From Girardia tigrina (Eukaryota), in assembly GCA_001938485.1 (NCBI GenBank), contig MQRK01239354.1:1-53033 (forward strand): a DNA stretch of 53,033 bases, given 5' to 3'. The position numbers were made by a program, and so were the translations under genes. Positions 46,701 to 53,033 of this stretch are shown piece after piece; the first letter of the stretch is position 1; the number at the start of each line of letters is the position of its first letter. The notes beneath the pieces were generated by a model. The model searched no databases. It worked only from the letters and a program-made list of their open reading frames with translations, and was not told where the DNA came from.

Positions 46701-49700
46701 TTAATATTCAGATATTATTGTATTTGTATTTGAATTTAATAAAGCATATTGTTGCAGTTTTATTTATCTTAGTATAACAAGCTATCGCCGCATTGGAGAA
46801 AATGGAGAATTTAAAAATTACCGAGGTGGTGACAAAATTCTGTGGACAAGAAGATGTCGAAAACTGGATTGATCGGTTAGAAACAGCCTCAAGAATATTC
46901 GAGAGTGAGTCGAAATGAGCCTCACTCATTCCGCCGTTCCTGACCAGTGACGCATATTCTACCTGGAAGCTACTCGATGAAAGCGCAAAACAAGATCTTG
47001 GCATAATAAAAGGCGCCCTGAGGAGAGTATATGGCAAGTCAAAAGCACAAGCATGGATGGAGTTGAAGAACCTGTCGTTATTGCGGGGTGAGTCACCGGA
47101 TGTACTTGCAGAAAAAATATCCACGCTGTTGGCGGTGGCCTGTGGAGGAAAGGCGGTGCCAGAGGAGGCAATTTCCTTGTTTTTTCTTGACTCTATTCCC
47201 GTAAATGGGAGAAATCAAGTGCTGGTGCTTCACGGTGAAGATATGATAAAAAATAAGATAATAAAAGCGTATTGTCCCAAGCAAACGGGTCGCCACAATA
47301 TATCATGGCAGAAGTTGAAACAGAATTAGGCAACAGATCAAACATGGCGAGAACCCCAGTGATACGGTGCTATATCTGCAAAAAATTGGGCCATAATCGA
47401 AGTAAGTGTCCAGTAAAGTGCTTCAACTGTGGGAAAAATGGTCATCGTAAGTCTGAATGGTCTAGTCTTTCGGGAAACGGGAAGACGGAGGTTGTGAATT
47501 CGCAGAATTAGATGGCAGTTTCCGTGCGGCTTCTGTGATGTTGACTTCAGTCTTAATTTCTAATATTAGAAGAGTAACGATGATTGATACCGGCTGCAGC
47601 ATATCTCTAATGGCGCAGCATTGTGTGGTCGGATTAATGGTGAAAAAAGAGTTAGTTAAATTTAGACTGATCAATGGTGACGCAGTACACAGTGACAGTT
47701 ATGTGAGTCTGGTACATGTAGTTTGTGAGGGGGTGGCTGCAGATGAGTAATCTAAAAGTATTTATAATGAATGTGCTTCCATTGGGGGTTGAAATGATTC
47801 TAGGACTTGATGTTATAGCCAAACGAAAGATGCTCGGGATAAACCCTGATATAACGTTAAAAGTGGTCTCGACTGACAAATCCTGCGGAGTTATAAAAGA
47901 AACAAGCAATGGTCAGAAGAGGGAATCTATAGTTATCGATGATATCGACTTTCTCGTGGAGTGGAATTGTGCCAAGTGGAAAGTCAAGTGGAAATGGAAC
48001 CCTGATAGTGGTGGGGCAAAAGAGTGTCTGGCACCCCGACAATTCGTGAACGATGGAGATAAAGAAGAATTCGACATGGAAATTAAATCATGAAGATGTG
48101 CTAGTCGACTATGACGAAATCAAACACGGCCCAATCAGACTCCAATGTGATCTGCGATTTCATCAATTGAATGTCTGCCACCTTTAAAAAGAGCAAGAAT
48201 AGCAGTCTATTGGGACTCTGTAGTATCTTTCTTCTTTCCAATTTCAGAAACAAGTAAATAAACGAAATATGATTATGTTTCTTAGGATTAATATGAAAAT
48301 GACCTGTTTCACACCCAGTAACAGGTTATTTCCATGTGACAATAGCTTAAAGCATACTTTTATAAAACTAAGTTCATAATCTTTTTTGAAATTAATTGTA
48401 AAATGAAATTTATATTGAAAAAATAATTTATAATTGAATGTTTTAAAAAATTAAAGTAGGAATAAAAATTATTTACTAATTTAATTTTAACAGTAGATTT
48501 TCCATTCAAATATTTTTAAATATCGAAAATCATATTTAAGTTAATAAACTTTGTAAAAATAAAAAAAACAAAATATGATTTATACAAAACTTAATAACAT
48601 AACATTTACATATATCGATATTTATATTTAGAACTTTAAAATCTGGTTTATGCAAACTGAAATATTGTTTCTCATAAATTTTTTTGTATAATGAAAGTTG
48701 AAATGGAAATAAAATTTAATCATGAACATTGATCTTAATCACAAAACCAATACCAGTCATATTTTCAAAGTTTTTAAATATTCAGTTTATTATATTTTAC
48801 ACGTTACAACATTAAAACAAACGTCAAAAATGGTTGACCAAATAATTCGGTACCGATTTCTGAATTGGATAGCCTGGTCTTTGGAGGCCTGTTTCCGAAC
48901 TTTAAACTACCGAAAAAGTTGTTAACACGAGAAAATTATAGAAAAGATTGAAATACCCCGAGTCGAGAAAACCAATGTTATTTTAATTCTTCATGACAGA
49001 CATAACAAAATAAAATATAATTTTTAAGGAATCCAAAATGTATTTATTAAGAAAAGATACCAAAAAATCATGAAGTTATGACAATTAATAAATAACTAAA
49101 TAATAAATAAAAAACTAATAATAAATAAATAAATACAAATTTGAATTAAATTGTTTTCTATTTAATTTATAAATATCTATAATTAGGGGTAATCACAAAT
49201 TTAATTTAATTAATCATTCAGATAATAAATTTTTTAATTGATTTATGTATTGTCATCGATATCACAATTTTGGGCAGAATTTCAGCTCAATCGAATTACG
49301 GTAAGTGGGGGAAAAATCGATTGCAAAATGAGGAAAAAATCGTGGACAAACCAAAATGAAAGCAAGTTAATAAAAACGTGTTTGGAAGTTTAAATAACTC
49401 AATAAATGTTAAAATATTGATAAATTACATGTTATATTGTTTACCAATTTCGAACATTAATTAGTAGATCATAGCGTCTTATAACGAGTCTTTGGTTGAA
49501 GAATTGAAATGTCGTAAATTTTGAAAAACAGGTGCATACTAATTTATTAAAAATTAATAACGTAAATTCAATTTTTAAGCCCATAACATGACATCTATAG
49601 TTTATTTTTATTATTGGTTTTGTGTGGATCACAAAAGTTTTGGTATCAAAAAAATTATTCAAGAATTTTATAAAAACTAATAAAAAATTTAAACTTTAAT

Positions 49701-49768
49701 CTTTGCTCATTGATTATTTTATCCGTTATAAACTATAATATACATTGATCTATAAAAACATTTAACGT

Positions 49769-49803
<35 letters not shown>

Positions 49804-52037
49804 AAAAGAGTTTGTCGTTCTTAAAATTCCTGCAGTTGCAGCCTTGTGCTGATTCCACTGTTCAACTTTAAAGAGTGATGATTTAAATGGATAAAGCTGA
49901 AAACCACTATGGGTGCAAGTGCAAAGTTTCCATCAGCCATCCAGGTCTTCGGAATAGTGACATCGGGATTAAATATCCGAGATTAAGTACCTCAAGAATA
50001 AGTGTCGTGGATTCATATATATAAAACTGGATTGATCGGTTAGAAACAGCCTCAAGAATATTCGGGAGTGAGTCGAAATTAGCCTCACTCATTCCGCTGT
50101 TCCTGACCAGTGACGCATATTCTACCTGGAAAAATAAAGTAAAATGTATATAATAGGGATAAAAATAAGATGACGCGTTTCGAGATAACAATAATTTTGT
50201 GACCTGATGATGGGATTATTATTATCTCGAAACGCGTCGTTTTATTTTTATCCCTATTATATATATATAAAGGTTTAAAATAAGACGACAAGTTTCGAGA
50301 AAACCATATCATCATCCGGTCAATCCACACCATGTACTAATCTAGTACACTATACGAAAACATACAATAATTAAAAGATATTTAATCAATAAATTATTGG
50401 ATTAAAATAAATTTATTTCATTTTTCTAAAACAAATAAGCAAAATACACTAAACACGATCAATTCCATTCTCGTAAACCAACCATTGGCAACTATCAATT
50501 CCCATTTGAGAAAACGATATGTTTACAATCCACTCAATTTTAGCCTTCACATCAAACCCAAAACAATCCGAAATCGCATTGATGTTTTTGACTGAAATGT
50601 CTGACAAAATGGAAATCTGAGAGAACAGTGTGTTTTCTCAACTGTATCAGGTTTGAAACTGGTGACATTCAGTTTAATAATAAATTCGGTCAATGCAAGA
50701 CAATCAAATACTGGCAAAATACATTTCGTTTTGAATTTCTTCGTTCTTTCCAATTGTCTTGCACTAATCAAATGGGTTATCATCGATTTTATTGGTGAGA
50801 AAGTACAATATTTTGACTTCTATGTTAAAGTGTCATTGAATCATTCAAATCGTTTCTATAAATGCACTGAGTTGAATAGTGTATGTGTTAAAAAATATGA
50901 TTTTGATATTTGTATATTCATTAAATAAAAGTTTTTATCAATAATATTCTTAATAATAGTTTTTTAGTAAATTACATATTAAATAAAATTTAGATCATCC
51001 TGTTGAAAGTATAAGATTTTCTGATGATCATCAATATCGAAGATTTTAAGAGATGTATAATGATTTTCTAATACCAAAGATTGAAATCTATTCTCACTAA
51101 ACAACTGAATAGATTAGTCTAATTGACAGAGAAGTTCAATTGTAAAATGGCAACTATTTACCGACACAATACTATCGGATTGATGAAATAGTCATGAATA
51201 AGAGATCAATAATAGGGGAAAGAAAAAAGAAAAACAAATAAATAAACAAAACCAATAACTGTTAATCAATTTTGAAAATAGAGGAAAACTACATTATTTT
51301 ACTCTTGAAATTTGTCACTAAAAGCAACAAAAAAGGATGTGTTAGAAAAAGAAAATTGAAGTTTAATGCATTTTAGTTAGCTCATGAACTGCAACAGGGA
51401 ATATTCTGGCGGAGTTAAACGATGGCATTTAAATTTACATATCGAAAATACTATATAATAGATGATAAGTATATTGAATAGATCATCTTCAATTATCAAA
51501 ATACAACGCTGATCAATAACGTAAAAACTATTTAAAATAATACTTTTATATATTTTTGGAATTAATAAATTTTGATTCATAGATGTCGAAATAACTGTGG
51601 CGTTCTTTGATTTTTATTTCGATAATGGCATTAGAAAGTTGATACAGAGATGGGAAAAGTGTGTGAAACTGAATGGTGATTATATTGAAAAGTTTGATAG
51701 TGATTCTGATGAGGATTGATCAATTTTGTTAACTGGAATAAACTTTTACTTATCAGTCCACGAACTTTTGGGATACTCCTCGTATTAAATCATAAGAAAT
51801 GTTGTGTATCATATGATAAGTAACATTTTCAAACATCATTTGACTCTAATATGTTCTAATCTATTTTACATTGTAATTTTCATCTTTTAATTATTTTAGA
51901 AAGTTAGACAAGAAAGGAAAACAAAAGACTCGGATATTTGGTCATTGGGCTGCATATTTTGGAAAATATTCACTAAAAATGAAGCATATGATTTTGATAA
52001 TAACAATGCAATGTATTATAAAATTGGACAAAATTTG
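43800..52037 (+). CDS. Divergent protein kinase (TKL/MAP3K-like, non-RD); exons 43800-43961, 44008-44185, 44235-44291, 44336-44373, 44424-44510, 51900-52037; 3' end not found
   Basis: In-phase GT-AG joins give LDHGGQSRIF, VVAK, IDRE, LQHPNIVQVYG, FEYIKDGDL, GINFVHNSGILHLDLHPRNVLV, LKICDFGLS, GRPGYVSPE|KVRQERKTKDSDIWSLGCIFW. Confidence 0.88.
45010..45270 (-). mobile_element. Penelope-like element GIY-YIG endonuclease fragment
   Basis: CNATYIGETSRHLCRRIQEH...NFKILC..YWERVDCEALYIRSLEPKIN; paralogous to the adjacent PLE. Confidence 0.85.
45513..45549 (-). ncRNA. Minimal hammerhead ribozyme, family C (PLE 3' pLTR)
   Basis: GC-CUGAAGA-U-GGUGG(AAAAU)CCACC-GAAAU-AU-AUU-GC. Confidence 0.8.
46605..46643 (+). 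ncRNA. Minimal hammerhead ribozyme, family C (inverted pLTR copy)
   Basis: GC-CUGAAGA-U-GGUGG..CCACC-GAAAUAUAUAUU-GC. Confidence 0.8.
46790..48150 (+). mobile_element. Gypsy-like gag-protease region, frameshifted
   Basis: KFCGQEDVENWIDRLE; two CCHC knuckles (CYICKKLGHNRSKC, CFNCGKNGHRKSEW); protease MIDTGCSISL, ILGLDVI. Confidence 0.88.
50201..50241 (+). ncRNA. Minimal hammerhead ribozyme, family A copy 3
   Basis: GAC-CUGAUGA-U-GGGAU..AUCUC-GAAAC-GC-GUC-GUU, inside an inverted repeat at ~50149-50261. Confidence 0.85.
50284..50321 (-). ncRNA. Degenerate family-A-related hammerhead
   Basis: GAC-CGGAUGA..UCUC-GAAAC-UU-GUC-GUC, with a core U>G change. Downstream flank is homologous to 23220-23345. 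Confidence 0.55.
51590..51785 (+). mobile_element. mariner 3' end fragment
   Basis: FYFDNGIRKLIQRWEKCVKLNGDYIEK followed by TIR-like ACTTTTGGGATACTCCTCG-TA. Confidence 0.8.
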
Positions 52038-52917
52038 GTTGGTTTCATTAAAATTCATGGCTTCTATTTGAGAAACTTTAATTAATTAAAAATTATCTTA
52101 TTTAATTACATTTCTTAAGATTTCATATTAATGAAAAGTCAATGTTCAAACGTTACTATCAACTACTTTATTAAGAGTTTCAGACTAATTTAACGAAATA
52201 AATTACGTAATAATACATTATTAATTTATTCCACACCCAAAATGTTTTAAAAAGATTTTTTATTAATTTTTTTACACTAAATAATTTTTAGCGCAATTTC
52301 CATACTGACAATTGCGATTATTAATTGGTTATTTCTGTGTGGATGGATGGATGTGTGTCCGCAGCTTTAAGTCGTATCTCCTCCTCAACGAAGCAATATC
52401 GAGGGCTAGTTCCAAAAGCAAATATGTTAAGCAAGTTCGGAGGATGATTGTGGGCCAAAAAAATTCCCGGAATTCCTTCATGGATTTCCCGGAAAAGCCA
52501 AAAAACCTCGAAAAAATGCTGTTTTTGGCTTATATCTCGGCAACCAGACCACTTAGCGACTTGAAACATTTACCAATCGATTCCTGCAATAATTTAGAAC
52601 AATATTGCCGAAGAAAGTTTTCAAAAATATCCTTTCGTTCGGTAACAAAAAATTAATCATAGTCAAATACTGATATTAACGTTTTAATATTTGGGCACCG
52701 AATAACATAAGGAAATTGCGCTTAAATTGTCACTAGACTTTTTATTAACTTGTTTACTAAATACCTGCTTTTATTTTAAAACTTTCAAATTGTTTAGTTC
52801 CTAACTCGATTTTTTTTGTTCTAAAAATGATCAATACAAAATTTTGCTCAATGGGACAACTGTAAATCGACCCTCATTTATCCACGACGTTTTGAAATTT
52901 TCGCTGAGTGCCAGTTT

Positions 52918-53033
52918 TTAACCTTCACTCTGTGCATTGGGGTCAAATGGACCCCAGTCTATTTAAAAAGCGATTTAAAAAAAATTGAGCCAAGTAAATT
53001 AAACTGCCAACTCGGATTGCCTCAACTAATATC
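52918..53033. mobile_element. Possible piggyBac-type terminus
   Basis: TTAA-CC followed by the subterminal palindrome TGGGGTCAAATGGACCCCA. Confidence 0.45.

Noticed and set aside
48298-48345. GAAACAGGTC on the minus strand (also GAAACATGTC at ~5910) as hammerhead remnants
   Set aside because: Only the 3' half is present, with no CUGANGA box.
51015-51050. CTGATGATCATCAATATCGAAG as a hammerhead
   Set aside because: No convincing stems I-III, and GAAG instead of GAAA.
51115-51145. LIDREV-like match to kinase exon 1
   Set aside because: Too short, with no surrounding open frame; may be chance.
52312-52656. 114-aa ORF as the next kinase exon
   Set aside because: No kinase subdomain X/XI motif; looks like repeat-derived sequence.

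Overview
AT-rich eukaryotic (animal, probably invertebrate) genomic DNA with assembly gaps; not prokaryotic. I reconstructed three spliced host genes by hand. (1) A 2-exon, 113-aa single-pass membrane protein with a six-cysteine Shisa-like ectodomain (minus strand, 2668-3056). (2) A 10-exon PICK1 orthologue (PDZ+BAR; plus strand, 5324-39180), head-to-head with gene 1. (3) A divergent non-RD protein kinase (plus strand, from 43800; 3' end not found). Introns are either 44-50 nt or long and filled with nested transposons: piggyBac, hAT, pogo/Tigger, mariner, MULE, Zator-like, Gypsy-type LTR, LINE and Penelope-like elements (PLE). The most notable non-coding signal is nine minimal hammerhead ribozyme motifs (seven with canonical core boxes, two degenerate) from at least four sequence families. 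They are associated with PLEs, (TA)n tracts and inverted repeats. Two sense copies bracket an in-frame PICK1 exon. All calls come from manual reading and motif recognition; no database searches were run.
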